Source: Candidatus Limnocylindria bacterium (GTDB lineage Bacteria; Chloroflexota; Limnocylindria; Limnocylindrales; CSP1-4). Taken from it: a stretch of DNA of 64,000 bases. This document shows positions 19,066 through 29,235 of the stretch, one piece after another. The DNA is taken from NCBI GenBank assembly GCA_046566045.1, contig JBKHXL010000039.1:10953-74952 (forward strand), written 5' to 3'. The notes beneath the pieces were generated by a model. That model saw only the letters and a program-made list of their open reading frames with translations. It was not told the DNA's origin and did not search any database. The stretch's first letter is position 1, and each line of letters starts with the position of its first letter. Both the position numbers and the translations under genes were made by a program.

Positions 19066-20106
19066 GTGGACCTCGCTGACCTGACCCGCGATCTCGAGGC
19101 CCTCCGGGCCGACGCGCTCGGCGCCATCGACGCGGCGCCGGACGTCGCCACGCTCGACGCCCTGGAGCTCGACGTCCTGGGCCGGAAGGGCCGGCTGACC
19201 GGCGTGCTGCGCGGGATCGGCAGCCTGGCGCCGGAGGAGCGCCCGCAGGTCGGCGCCATCGCCAATGCCGTCCGCGGCGACATCGAGGCCGCCCTCGCGG
19301 CCCGCGGCACGGCCCTGCGCGGGTCGGAGCTCGCGGTCCGCCTGTCGGCCGAGACGCTCGACGTCACGATGCCCGGCCGGCCGTTCCCGCGTGGCGGCCG
19401 CCACCCGATCCCGGAGACCATCGCCGAGATCGCCGAGATCTTCGGCCGCTTCGGGTTCGTCATCCACGAGAGCCCCGAGATCGAGGACGACCTCAGGAAC
19501 TTCCAGATGCTCAACATCGCGCCCGACCACCCGGCGCGCGACCTGTGGGACACGATGTACGTGGACGTCGAGGGCCACCTGCTGCGAACCCACACGTCAC
19601 CGGGCCAGATCCGGGTCATGCACGCGCAGGCGCCGCCCATCCGCGCCCTGCTCCCTGGCCGCTGCTATCGCTATGAGGCGGTCGACGCCAGCCATGCCTC
19701 GGAGTTCTTCCAGGTCGAGGGGCTGATGGTCGACGAGGGCACGACCATGGCCGATCTGAAGGGCCTGCTCGACCAGTTCGCCAAGGCGATGTACGGGGCC
19801 GACAAGCGGACCCGCTTCCGCCCCGGCTACTACCCGTTCACCGAGCCGTCGGTCGCCTTCGACGTCGAGTGCCTGGTGTGCGGCGGGTCGGGCTGCCCGG
19901 CCTGCTCGCGCAGCGGCTGGATGACCATCCTGGGCGCCGGCATGGTCCACCCGGTCGTCCTCCAGTACGGCGGCCTGGACCCGGAGCGCTACCAGGGCTT
20001 CGCCTTCGGCATGGGCGTCGAGCGCATCGCCAACCTGCGCCACGGCGTCGCGGACCTGCGCCTGTACCTCGAGAACGATCTGCGCTTCCTCGAGCAGTTC
20101 GCATGA
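19066..20106 (+). CDS. pheS: Phenylalanine--tRNA ligase alpha subunit
   Basis: HPARD, LLRTHTSPGQ, YYPFTEPS, CxxC-x4-CxxC insert, GFAFGMGVER. Confidence 0.97.
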   Translation: MDLADLTRDLEALRADALGAIDAAPDVATLDALELDVLGRKGRLTGVLRGIGSLAPEERPQVGAIANAVRGDIEAALAARGTALRGSELAVRLSAETLDVTMPGRPFPRGGRHPIPETIAEIAEIFGRFGFVIHESPEIEDDLRNFQMLNIAPDHPARDLWDTMYVDVEGHLLRTHTSPGQIRVMHAQAPPIRALLPGRCYRYEAVDASHASEFFQVEGLMVDEGTTMADLKGLLDQFAKAMYGADKRTRFRPGYYPFTEPSVAFDVECLVCGGSGCPACSRSGWMTILGAGMVHPVVLQYGGLDPERYQGFAFGMGVERIANLRHGVADLRLYLENDLRFLEQFA

Positions 20107-22580
20107 GGGTCCCGCTGTCGTGGCTGCGCGACTATGTCGACATCGACCTCGAGCCCGAGGCGCTGGCCGAGCGGTTGACCCTGCTCGGGATGGAGGTCAA
20201 GGGGATCGAGCGCTGGGGCGCCGACTGGCGGAACGTCGTCGTCGGGGAGCTGCTCACCGTCGAGCGCCATCCGCAGGCCGACCGCCTGTCGCTCACGACC
20301 GTGACCCTCGGGTCCGGGGAACCGCTCGAGATCGTGTGCGGCGCCACGAACATCGCTCCGGGCCAGCGTGTCCCGGTGGCCCTGCCCGGAGCCGTCCTGC
20401 CGGGCGACCGACGCATCGAGCGCACCCGCAAGATGGGCGTCGTCAGCAACGGCATGCTGTGCTCGGGCGATGAGCTGCGCCTGACCGCCGATGGCGACGG
20501 CATCCTCATCCTCGATGCGGCGGCGCCGCTCGGGGCGCCGCTCGCGGACCTCTACGGCGACGTCGTCCTGGACGTGGACGTCAAGCCGAATCGCGGCGAC
20601 GCGCTGAGCCTGGTCGGGCTCGCCCGCGAGGTGTCCGCGGTGACGGGCGCCCCGCTGCGCTTCCCGCCGACGGATCCGCCCGAGACCGGCGCCGACATCG
20701 CCGGCCTGCTGTCGGTGGTCGTGGAGGATGCCGAGGGCTGCCCGCGCTTCGTCGGTCGGCACGTCCGGGGCGTCACCGTCGGACCCTCGCCGGACCGCGT
20801 CCAGATGCGCCTGATCGCCGCGGGACAGCGGCCGGTCAGCAACGTCGTGGACGTGAGCAATTATGTGATGCTCGAGCTCGGCAAGCCGATCCACACGTTC
20901 GACGCCGCCGCGGTGCGCGACGGCCGGATCATCGTGCGCCGGGCTCGCGCCGGCGAGACCATCGAGACGCTGGATCACGTGATGCGCGAGCTCGACCCCG
21001 ACACGCTGCTCATCGCCGACCCGGACGGGCCGCTGGCCATCGCCGGGGTGATGGGCGGGGCAACGTCGGAGATCGGCCCGACCACCACCGACGTCGTGGT
21101 CGAGTCGGCGATCTTCGATCCCGTCGCGATCCGCCGGACCGCGTTCCGCCACGCCCTCCGCTCGGAGGCGAGCCTGCGCTTCGAGAAGGGGCAGGAGCAT
21201 CGCCTGGCGCGGCTCGGGGCGGATCGCACGGCTCGCCTCATCGCCGAGTGGGCGGGCGGCGACGTGGCGCGCGGCGACGTCGACTCGGCGCCGCGCGAAC
21301 CGGCAGCTGCGACCGTCGCGTTCCGGCCGGGCCGGGTGGAACGGCTGCTCGGCACGGCCGTGCCGGTCGAGGAGCAGCGTGCCGTGCTCGAGCGCGTCGG
21401 CGTCACCACCGAGCCGGCACCCCCGGGGACGCCCGTGGTCGTCTCGGGGGACCCCCGGCCGTTGACCGTCGACCCCGGGACGGCCGCGGTCCTGCTGGCT
21501 ACCGTCCCGTCGTGGCGGCGCGACCTGCTGATCGAGGCCGACATCACCGAGGAGGTGGCCCGCGTCCGCGGCTACGACACCATCCCGGGGATCCTGCCGC
21601 ACACGCCCATGCCGGTCTACCAGCCGTCGCCGCTGCGCCTGCGCGACCGGGTCCGCGAGATCCTCGTCGGCGCCGGGCTCCACGAGGTCGTCGGCTACGC
21701 CCTGCTCGCGCCGGCCACCGGGGAGCGCTTCGCCGGTCACGACGACAGCGCCGTCGAGGGGGAGGGCGTCGCCACCGGCCGGGCCATCGTGGTGACCAAC
21801 CCGCTGGCATCGCAGCACAGCGTCGTTCGCCAGGAGCTGCTGGGCGGGCTGCTCGACGTGGTCGGCGACAACCAGCGCCGCGGCCGGTCGGACGTGGCCA
21901 TCTTCGAGATCGGCACCGGCTACGGCGCCACCGACGACGGGGTCGTCCACGAGTGGTGGCGCCTGGCGTTCGCCCTGGTGGGCCCCAGCCGGCCGTCCTC
22001 GTGGGATCGCACCGCGCCGGACTGGGATGTCGCCGATGCCCGCGGGCTGGTCGACGGCCTGGCCGCCGCCGTCCGGCTCGGCGACGTCGTCGCGACCCCG
22101 CTCCTCGACGATCCGCGGCTTCACCCCGGCCGCGCCGCCCGCGTGCGCGCCCCCGGCGGCCTCGAGGGACGCATCGGGGAGCTCCACCCGACGCTCGCCG
22201 AGGCGCTCGACCTGCGCGGGCGCGTCGTCGTCGGCCAGCTCGCGGTCGCCGGACTGTCGGCGGGCTCGCCGCCCGTTCCGGCCGGTCGCACCCCGTCGCG
22301 CTATCCGACCGTCGCCCGCGACCTGGCCGTCGTGGTCGCCGACGATCGCCCCGCGGCCGAGGTGGAGGCGGCGCTCCGACGCCACGGTGGGGATCGGCTG
22401 GCCTCGGTCACCCTCTTCGACGTCTACCGTGGCCGGCCGCTCGCCGACGACCAGCGCAGCCTGGCGTACCGACTGGTCTTCGCCGCCGACCGGACCCTGA
22501 CCGAGGAGGAGGTCGATTCGGCGATGGCGGCCATCGCCGCCGGATTGGCCGGCGACGTGGGCGGCGCCATCCGCTCCTGA
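20103..22580 (+). CDS. pheT: Phenylalanine--tRNA ligase beta subunit
   Basis: MRVPLSWLRDY, IVCGATN, PNRGDALS, SLRFEKG, LFDVYRG; ATGA overlap with pheS. Confidence 0.96.
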   Translation: MRVPLSWLRDYVDIDLEPEALAERLTLLGMEVKGIERWGADWRNVVVGELLTVERHPQADRLSLTTVTLGSGEPLEIVCGATNIAPGQRVPVALPGAVLPGDRRIERTRKMGVVSNGMLCSGDELRLTADGDGILILDAAAPLGAPLADLYGDVVLDVDVKPNRGDALSLVGLAREVSAVTGAPLRFPPTDPPETGADIAGLLSVVVEDAEGCPRFVGRHVRGVTVGPSPDRVQMRLIAAGQRPVSNVVDVSNYVMLELGKPIHTFDAAAVRDGRIIVRRARAGETIETLDHVMRELDPDTLLIADPDGPLAIAGVMGGATSEIGPTTTDVVVESAIFDPVAIRRTAFRHALRSEASLRFEKGQEHRLARLGADRTARLIAEWAGGDVARGDVDSAPREPAAATVAFRPGRVERLLGTAVPVEEQRAVLERVGVTTEPAPPGTPVVVSGDPRPLTVDPGTAAVLLATVPSWRRDLLIEADITEEVARVRGYDTIPGILPHTPMPVYQPSPLRLRDRVREILVGAGLHEVVGYALLAPATGERFAGHDDSAVEGEGVATGRAIVVTNPLASQHSVVRQELLGGLLDVVGDNQRRGRSDVAIFEIGTGYGATDDGVVHEWWRLAFALVGPSRPSSWDRTAPDWDVADARGLVDGLAAAVRLGDVVATPLLDDPRLHPGRAARVRAPGGLEGRIGELHPTLAEALDLRGRVVVGQLAVAGLSAGSPPVPAGRTPSRYPTVARDLAVVVADDRPAAEVEAALRRHGGDRLASVTLFDVYRGRPLADDQRSLAYRLVFAADRTLTEEEVDSAMAAIAAGLAGDVGGAIRS

Positions 22581-22690
22581 CCGACGGGCGGACGATGCCG
22601 TGACCGCATCGTCCGCTTGCGACGCCGCGAGGCACGCTGCTACCCTTGCGCCGCCTCGGACGCGCGGCCGGGGCCGGCAGGGCAGGAGGC

Positions 22691-23287
22691 ATGGTGGACA
22701 TCGGGGCATTCCTGGGCGGGTTCGCGGCGATCGACCTCGTCCTCGTCCTGTACTTCATGGCCTTCTTCGTGCTGGGCTTCGCCCAGGGCGCGATCCGCCG
22801 CCTGATCGGCCTGGCCGCGATCCTGTTCTCGTTCTTCTTCGCGGCCAACCTGGCCGACCCGCTCGGCGAGTTCCTCGGAGCGAACTGGACGCAGTTCCCC
22901 AAGGCGTATAGCTACATGGTCGGCTTCGGCACCGTGTTCGTGGCCGCCGCCCTCGCGTTCGCGCTGGTCGTGCAGGGGTTCTACCGACCGCAGCCGCTGT
23001 TCGTGAAGGCCCGCTTCCTCGACGAGCTCCTCGGCGCGCTGCTGGGCATCGTCCAGGCCGGCGTCATCCTCGGCGCGACGGTCATCATCCTGGACACGTT
23101 CTTCCGCATCCCGGGCATCCCGCCCGACCCGCAGGAGCTGCCGTTCCTGCGCGACCTGTGGACCGCCCTCGACGGCTCGCAGATCGTGCGTGCCTTCCGC
23201 GAGACGATCATCCCGGGATTCTTCGCACTGACCGGGTTCCTCATCCCGGAGAGCATCGAGGCCCTCTTCCCGCGGGCGGGGAGCTGA
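22691..23287 (+). CDS. CvpA (colicin V production) family membrane protein
   Basis: IDLVL...GFAQGAIRRL, LDELLGALLG, 4-5 TM segments; AGGAGG RBS; cvpA-mutS2 linkage is familiar. Confidence 0.78.
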   Translation: MVDIGAFLGGFAAIDLVLVLYFMAFFVLGFAQGAIRRLIGLAAILFSFFFAANLADPLGEFLGANWTQFPKAYSYMVGFGTVFVAAALAFALVVQGFYRPQPLFVKARFLDELLGALLGIVQAGVILGATVIILDTFFRIPGIPPDPQELPFLRDLWTALDGSQIVRAFRETIIPGFFALTGFLIPESIEALFPRAGS

Positions 23288-24006
23288 GCGGCACCCGTCC
23301 GCCCGGCTCCGCCTTCCCGCGCGAGCGGCTGCTGACCGACCCGCTGACCGCCGCGCGCGCCCTCCTCGGCGCCACGCTGGTGCGCGATGACGGGACGGGC
23401 CGGCGCGCCGCGACGATCGTCGAGGTCGAGGCCTACGGGGGCCCGGAGGACCGCGCGTCCCACGCTCGATCGGGACCGACGCGCCGGAACAGGGCCATGT
23501 TCGGACCGGCCGGCCACACCTACGTGTACCGTGTCTACGGGATGCATGACTGCCTGAACGTGGTGACCGGCGATGCGGGGACGGCGAGTGCCGTGCTCGT
23601 CCGGGCGGCGATGCCCGTGGAGGGCATCGAGGCGATGCGGCTGGCCCGCCTCGCGTCCGCCGCTCGACGGCGGGTCGGACGCACGCGCGAGGGCGCCGAG
23701 CGTGCGGCACGGTCGCTCGAGCGCACCCCGGACGCCCGCGTCGCCAGCGGCCCGGGTCGCGTCGCGTCGGCCTTCGGTCTCGACACGGGCTGGGACGGCA
23801 TCGACCTGTGCGACGCGGCCTCGCCCCTCCGCCTGGAGCCTTCGGCCCGGCGCATCGGCCACGTCGAAAGCGGTCCGCGGATCGGTGTCGCCTACGCCGG
23901 ACCGGACTGGGCGGGCCGGCCGTGGCGCCTGTGGCTGGCCGGCCATCCGGCCGTGTCGGGTCCGGCGGGATCCACGTCGGCCGCGGCGGCGTCGGTCGAC
24001 GCCTGA
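23284..24006 (+). CDS. mpg: DNA-3-methyladenine glycosylase (MPG/AAG family)
   Basis: ARALLG, IVEVEAYGG, MFGPAGHTYVYRVYGMH, AVLVRA, GPRIGV. Start inferred at CTG overlapping the upstream stop. Confidence 0.88.
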   Translation: MSGTRPPGSAFPRERLLTDPLTAARALLGATLVRDDGTGRRAATIVEVEAYGGPEDRASHARSGPTRRNRAMFGPAGHTYVYRVYGMHDCLNVVTGDAGTASAVLVRAAMPVEGIEAMRLARLASAARRRVGRTREGAERAARSLERTPDARVASGPGRVASAFGLDTGWDGIDLCDAASPLRLEPSARRIGHVESGPRIGVAYAGPDWAGRPWRLWLAGHPAVSGPAGSTSAAAASVDA

Positions 24007-24020
24007 CCGACGCCCGCCGG

Positions 24021-26384
24021 ATGGACGCCCGCTCGCAGGTCCTGCTCGAGTTCCCGTCGATCCGTGCCCGGCTGGCCGAAGCCACCTCGTTCCCGCCGTC
24101 GCGCCGAGCGGCCGAGCAGCTCGAGCCATCGGCCGACCCGGTCATCGTCGCGCGCCGGCTCGACGAGACGGACCAGGTTCGGGCCCTGCTCGAGGAGCGC
24201 TCCGGGGTCGGCATCGGCGGCGCCCACGACATCGGCCCGTGGGTCGAGCGCGCCGCGCGCGGCGGTCGGCTCGACCCCGTCGAGTTCGTGGCGATCGCCG
24301 ACACCCTCGACGCCGCCGCCCGGCTGGCCACCAGCCTGGCCGACGACCGGCGGCCCCTGCTCCACGCCCTGGCCCGGGACCTGCACGGGCTGCCCGCGCT
24401 GCGCGCCAGCCTCGCCCGCAGCTTCGATCCGACCGGTGAGCTGCTCGACACGGCGTCGCCGCGGCTGGGGCCGCTGCGCGCCGCCGTCCGGGTCGCGTAC
24501 GACCGACTTCGACGGCGCCTGGACGCCCTGGTCGGGGCGGAGCTCGGGAACGCCCTCCAGGAGCCGATCGTCACCTTGCGCAACGGCCGCTACGTGGTCC
24601 CGGTCAAGGCTGAAGCCCGTTCGAAGGTCAAGGGCATCGTCCACGACGCGTCGGGCAGCGGTCAGACGCTGTTCATCGAGCCGCTCGTCGCGGTCGAGCT
24701 CGGGAACGCCTGGCGCGAGGCCCAGGTGGCCGAGCAGGAGGAGATCGCGCGTATCCTCGACGAGCTGTCGGCGTTCGTCGCGGCCAACGCGGTCGCCCTG
24801 CGCGAGACGCTCGACGCCCTGACCCGGTTCGACCTGTGGGCCGCGCGGGCGAGCCTCGCTGCGGACATGGACGCGACCCGCGCGGACACCGCCGATCGGC
24901 CCGAGGTCGTGCTCCTGTCCGCCCGCCACCCGGGGCTGCGCGGCACGGTCGTCCCGATCGACGTGCGGATCGGCGACGGCTACACGGCGCTCGTGGTGAC
25001 CGGACCGAACACCGGCGGCAAGACCGTCACGCTGCGCACACTCGGGCTGCTCAGCCTGATGCACCAGTCCGGGCTGCACATCCCGGCCGCCGCCGGGAGT
25101 CGCCTGCCGATCTGGACCGATGTCTTCGCCGACATCGGCGACGAGCAGTCGGTGGCGCAGTCGCTGTCGACGTTCTCCGGGCACCTGCGGCGGATCACCA
25201 CGATCGTCGATGCCGCCGGGCCCGGGACCCTCGTCCTGCTCGACGAGCTCGGGGCCGGGACCGACCCGACCGAGGGCTCGGCCCTCGCCCAGGCCCTGCT
25301 CGACCACTTCATCCGGGCCGGGGCCATCGTGGCCGCGACCACCCACTACGCCGAACTGAAGGCCTACGCCCATACCACGCCCGGGGCGCGCAATGCCGCG
25401 GTCGAGTTCGACCTGGAGTCGCTCAGCCCGACCTACCGCCTGACCATCGGCCTGCCCGGTGGCAGCCAGGCGTTCGCCATCGCCGAGCGGCTGGGGTTGC
25501 CGGAGCCGATCGTGGCCGACGCGCGTTCGCGCCTGACCGAGGCCCAGCGCTCGTTCGAGGCGACCCTCGCCTCGATCCGGGCGACCGAGGGCGAGACGGC
25601 CGATGCGCTCGAGGCGGCCAGAGCGGCCGAGGTGCGGGCCCGCGACACCCTGCGCGCGGCCGACGAGGAGCGGCGGCGCGCCCGGCGTGAGCGCGACGAA
25701 GCCGTGCGGGCCGCCAGGACGGACGCGGAGGCGCTCCTCGAGGCCTTGCGCGCGGAGCTCGCGACCATCCGGGGATCCCTGCGCCGGGAGACCGTCACGG
25801 CGACGTCGCTGGACGCGGCCCTGGCGCGGGCCGAGTCGATCGTGGAGCGGTTACCCGCCGTCGACGATGACGACGGGCCGGCCGTCGCCGCGCCGATCGA
25901 GCCGGACCGCGAGTGGCGAGTGGGCGAGCGGGCGCGCAGCCGGCGCGGCGGGTGGGAGGGGCGGATCGCCTCGCTCGACCGCGACGGGCGCCGCGCGACG
26001 CTCGAATCGGGCGGCATGCGGGTCGTGGTGGAGGTGGCGGACCTGGGTCCGGCTGCCGTCGGCGCTCGGGCCGCAGGCAGCGGCGCCGGGCCGCCTCGCG
26101 ATCCGTCGAGTGTGGCGGCGATCCGGTCCGAGCGAGCCCGCTCGGTGGCGTCCTCGCTCGACCTGCGCGGAGCCCGCGTGGAGGAGGCGCTCGACGCCCT
26201 GGAACGGTACCTCGAGGATGCGGCGCTGGCCGGGATGCCGTCGGTCACCGTCATCCACGGCCTCGGGACCGGCGCCCTGCGCGACGCGGTGCGCAGCGCG
26301 GCCGGGGCCCATCCGCTTGTCTCGTCGACCCGCCCGGGTGGGCGAGGCGAGGGCGGGGACGGGGCGACGATCGTCGCGTTCTGA
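24021..26384 (+). CDS. mutS2: Endonuclease MutS2
   Basis: TGPNTGGKT, DIGDEQS...SLSTFS, LLDELGAGTDP, C-terminal Smr domain LDLRG...IHGLGTG. Confidence 0.95.
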   Translation: MDARSQVLLEFPSIRARLAEATSFPPSRRAAEQLEPSADPVIVARRLDETDQVRALLEERSGVGIGGAHDIGPWVERAARGGRLDPVEFVAIADTLDAAARLATSLADDRRPLLHALARDLHGLPALRASLARSFDPTGELLDTASPRLGPLRAAVRVAYDRLRRRLDALVGAELGNALQEPIVTLRNGRYVVPVKAEARSKVKGIVHDASGSGQTLFIEPLVAVELGNAWREAQVAEQEEIARILDELSAFVAANAVALRETLDALTRFDLWAARASLAADMDATRADTADRPEVVLLSARHPGLRGTVVPIDVRIGDGYTALVVTGPNTGGKTVTLRTLGLLSLMHQSGLHIPAAAGSRLPIWTDVFADIGDEQSVAQSLSTFSGHLRRITTIVDAAGPGTLVLLDELGAGTDPTEGSALAQALLDHFIRAGAIVAATTHYAELKAYAHTTPGARNAAVEFDLESLSPTYRLTIGLPGGSQAFAIAERLGLPEPIVADARSRLTEAQRSFEATLASIRATEGETADALEAARAAEVRARDTLRAADEERRRARRERDEAVRAARTDAEALLEALRAELATIRGSLRRETVTATSLDAALARAESIVERLPAVDDDDGPAVAAPIEPDREWRVGERARSRRGGWEGRIASLDRDGRRATLESGGMRVVVEVADLGPAAVGARAAGSGAGPPRDPSSVAAIRSERARSVASSLDLRGARVEEALDALERYLEDAALAGMPSVTVIHGLGTGALRDAVRSAAGAHPLVSSTRPGGRGEGGDGATIVAF

Positions 26385-26398
26385 TCCTCGCCCGACGG

Positions 26399-29152
26399 TC
26401 AGGGCGGGCCGCCCCCACCGCCACCACCGCCGCCGCCTCCGCCCCCACCACCGCCGCCGCCTCCGGGATCGGTGGGCTCGGGCGTGGGGGTCGGGCACGG
26501 GATCGGGGTCGGCGCGGGCAGCTCGTCCGAGGGATCCGGGTCCTCCGGCTGCACGCCGCACGGGGGTGGTGCCAGCGGACACTGCGCCTTCGGCGCGAAC
26601 GGCGCCCCCCACGTCCGGCCGAACGGCGCGAACGCGTTGCTGTAGAAGTACGACGTGCGCGTCCCCTCGGGCCCGCCACGGACGCCGGTCCCCTTGGCGG
26701 CGCGCGCAGCCCAATTGGCGTTGGCCTTCTGCCAGGCCGGGAAGTTCGTCTCGACCTCGGTCAGGTCGAAGAAGCCGCGCGTCTCGCGTGGCCCGACGCA
26801 GCCCTCGCGCCAGCGCAGCCCGGAGGCGGCGTCGATCTGCAACGCCACCCGGACCGACTCCTCCTGGGTCGGGACCGTGCCCGGCAGGAAGTACTCGGTC
26901 ACGGTGCGCGTCGTGAACGGTCCGGGCTTGAGGCCCGTATAGGCGTCGACCTTGGCCCGCTCGAGGCCCTCCGGGGCCTTGAACGAGCGGATGTCGAGGT
27001 CCTTCGAGACCGCGGTCAGGATGGCCGACCAGAGCGGCGCCGATGAGTCGAGTGACAGGCTGCCCTTGTTGGGCTCGTTGTTGCTGTTGCCCATCCAGAC
27101 GCCCACCGCGAGCGCGGGCTCCGCGTCGTCGGCCGGGGGCGCCAGGTACCCGTAGGCGTGCACGTCGCGGTTGTTGCTGGTGGTCCCGGTCTTGTACGCG
27201 GCGGGGCGGCGCTTGCCCCCGTCATAGATGGCCCATTCGCCCCAGTACGGGTTGACCTTGGGGTCCGTGTTCCCGGCCAGGATGTCGGTGACGATGAAGG
27301 CGGCGCCCTCGGACACGACGCGGCTGCCGGCCGGCGCGTCGCCGATCGGCCAGAGGACGCGCCCGTCCTCGTCCGCGATCGACATGATCGTCTGGCGCGG
27401 CATCCTGACGCCGCCATTGGCGATGGTGCCGTACGCGCCGAGCAGATCCATCGGGCGCACTTCCAGCGTGCCGATGCCCATCGAGACGACCGGGATCGCG
27501 GTGCTCTGGTAGGTCAGGCCGAAGTCGCCGGTCCGCTCGAAGACGTGCTCGAGACCGCTGATGACCGTGGCCTTGATGGCCGGCACGTTGAGCGAGAACT
27601 GCAGGGCGGGACGGAGGCGGACGGGCCCGCGCTCAAGGCCGTCGGCCTGGGTCGGCGTGAAGCCGCCGCCGAAGTCGGTCACGACGTCCATGAGCATCGA
27701 GCTCGCCGTCAGGGTCTTGTCGTCGATGCCGATGACGTACTGGACCGGCTTGATCGCCGACCCCGGCTGGCGGAAGCCGGTGGACAGGACGTCGTACTGG
27801 GGCTGGAACTTCTTGGTGCCCTTGGCCGTGTACGAGGCGCTGCCGACGTAGGCCAGGACCTCGCCGGTCCGGTAGTCGATGACCGCCGACGCCGCGTTGT
27901 GGATGTTCCTGCCGCGCAGGTTGAGGATCCAGCTCCATTCCGACTCCGGGATCTTGCGGCTGCGCAGGACGGCCCGTGGGTCCTCCGCCTGCGGAGCCCG
28001 AGCGGCCGCGTACACGTAGCGCTCGACGATCTTCTGCATCTCCCAGTCGAGCGAGGTCGTCACCCGGTAGCCTCCGGTGTCCACCTCGGGGCAGTCGGCG
28101 GGATCCTCCGGGCACAGGATGGCGGCGAGTTCCGTGCGGACCTGCCACACGAAGTGCGGAGCGCGCCACGTCGCCGACACCTGCGGGACGAGATCGAGCG
28201 GCTCTTCCTTGGCCGCTTCGTAGTCGTCCTCGTCGTAGCGCGTGCCCGACAGCGGGCTGCGCGACTTCATCAGCTCCAGGATGTAGTTGCGCCGGACTAC
28301 GACCTCGGTGTTCATCGGGACGGTGAGGCCGACCTTCTGGCACTCCACGGCCTCGCTCCCGAGCGGCGGTTCGTCGTCGATGCAGACCTCGACCGCGTTC
28401 TTGACCAGGTCGAACTTCGTGGGCGACTGGGGGATCGCCGCCAGGGCGGCGTGCTGGGCGAGCGTGAGTTCCTCGAGCGGCTTGCCGAAGTAGCCCTTGG
28501 CCGCCGCCTTCACGCCGTACAGGTTGTTGCCGCAGAAGTTCTGGTTCAGGTACGCGGTGATGATCTCCTGCTTGCCGGCGTCGCCCGGGTACGCCTCGGT
28601 CAGGCGGATCGACTGGATGATCTCGCGGACCTTGCGCTCGTAGGTCGAGCCCTCGAACGCCTCGGGCGGCAGGAGCCGGGCGCGGACGAGCTGCTGGGTG
28701 ATGGTCGACGCGCCGCGGGGTCGCCCATCGAGGGTATCGAGGAAGGCGCTGACGATGGCGCCCGGATCGAAGCCGGGATTGATCCAGAAGTTCTGGTCCT
28801 CGATCGCCGTGGTGGCATCGAGCGCCTCGTCCGGGATCTGGCCGAAGGTGACGACCTCGCGCTTGAGCGTGCCGAGGCGGGCGAGCTCGACCTGGCCGGT
28901 CCGGTCGTAGACGAGGGTCTGCTGGTCGAACTCGAGGTCGGTCAGGGCCTCGCGAGGGTCGGGCAGGCCCGCGGCGTAATGGTTGTAGGCGGCCACCGTG
29001 AAGAGGGCGCCGCTGGCCCCGACGAGCAGGCCGAGCAGGACCAGGACGATGGGGATGGCGATGAGGAGGCGCCGGACGATGCTGCCGCGAGGCGCCGCCC
29101 GCCGGGCGGCGGCGCGCTTCCGGCGCTGTCGCCGCGCGAGGGATGTCTGCAT
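26399..29152 (-). CDS. Class A penicillin-binding protein (transglycosylase/transpeptidase)
   Basis: AIEDQNF, GASTITQQL, RKVRE, SAIK (SxxK), SLN, KTGT; poly-Gly tail. Start 29152 or 29164. Confidence 0.93.
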   Translation of the reverse strand: MQTSLARRQRRKRAAARRAAPRGSIVRRLLIAIPIVLVLLGLLVGASGALFTVAAYNHYAAGLPDPREALTDLEFDQQTLVYDRTGQVELARLGTLKREVVTFGQIPDEALDATTAIEDQNFWINPGFDPGAIVSAFLDTLDGRPRGASTITQQLVRARLLPPEAFEGSTYERKVREIIQSIRLTEAYPGDAGKQEIITAYLNQNFCGNNLYGVKAAAKGYFGKPLEELTLAQHAALAAIPQSPTKFDLVKNAVEVCIDDEPPLGSEAVECQKVGLTVPMNTEVVVRRNYILELMKSRSPLSGTRYDEDDYEAAKEEPLDLVPQVSATWRAPHFVWQVRTELAAILCPEDPADCPEVDTGGYRVTTSLDWEMQKIVERYVYAAARAPQAEDPRAVLRSRKIPESEWSWILNLRGRNIHNAASAVIDYRTGEVLAYVGSASYTAKGTKKFQPQYDVLSTGFRQPGSAIKPVQYVIGIDDKTLTASSMLMDVVTDFGGGFTPTQADGLERGPVRLRPALQFSLNVPAIKATVISGLEHVFERTGDFGLTYQSTAIPVVSMGIGTLEVRPMDLLGAYGTIANGGVRMPRQTIMSIADEDGRVLWPIGDAPAGSRVVSEGAAFIVTDILAGNTDPKVNPYWGEWAIYDGGKRRPAAYKTGTTSNNRDVHAYGYLAPPADDAEPALAVGVWMGNSNNEPNKGSLSLDSSAPLWSAILTAVSKDLDIRSFKAPEGLERAKVDAYTGLKPGPFTTRTVTEYFLPGTVPTQEESVRVALQIDAASGLRWREGCVGPRETRGFFDLTEVETNFPAWQKANANWAARAAKGTGVRGGPEGTRTSYFYSNAFAPFGRTWGAPFAPKAQCPLAPPPCGVQPEDPDPSDELPAPTPIPCPTPTPEPTDPGGGGGGGGGGGGGGGGGGGPP

Positions 29153-29235
29153 CTGAGTCCGCACGATAGCATAGGGTCCGTGAACGACGGTTCGCCGGCG
29201 ACCCGCCGGACCAAGACGCCCCGGGGGCGGCCGCT

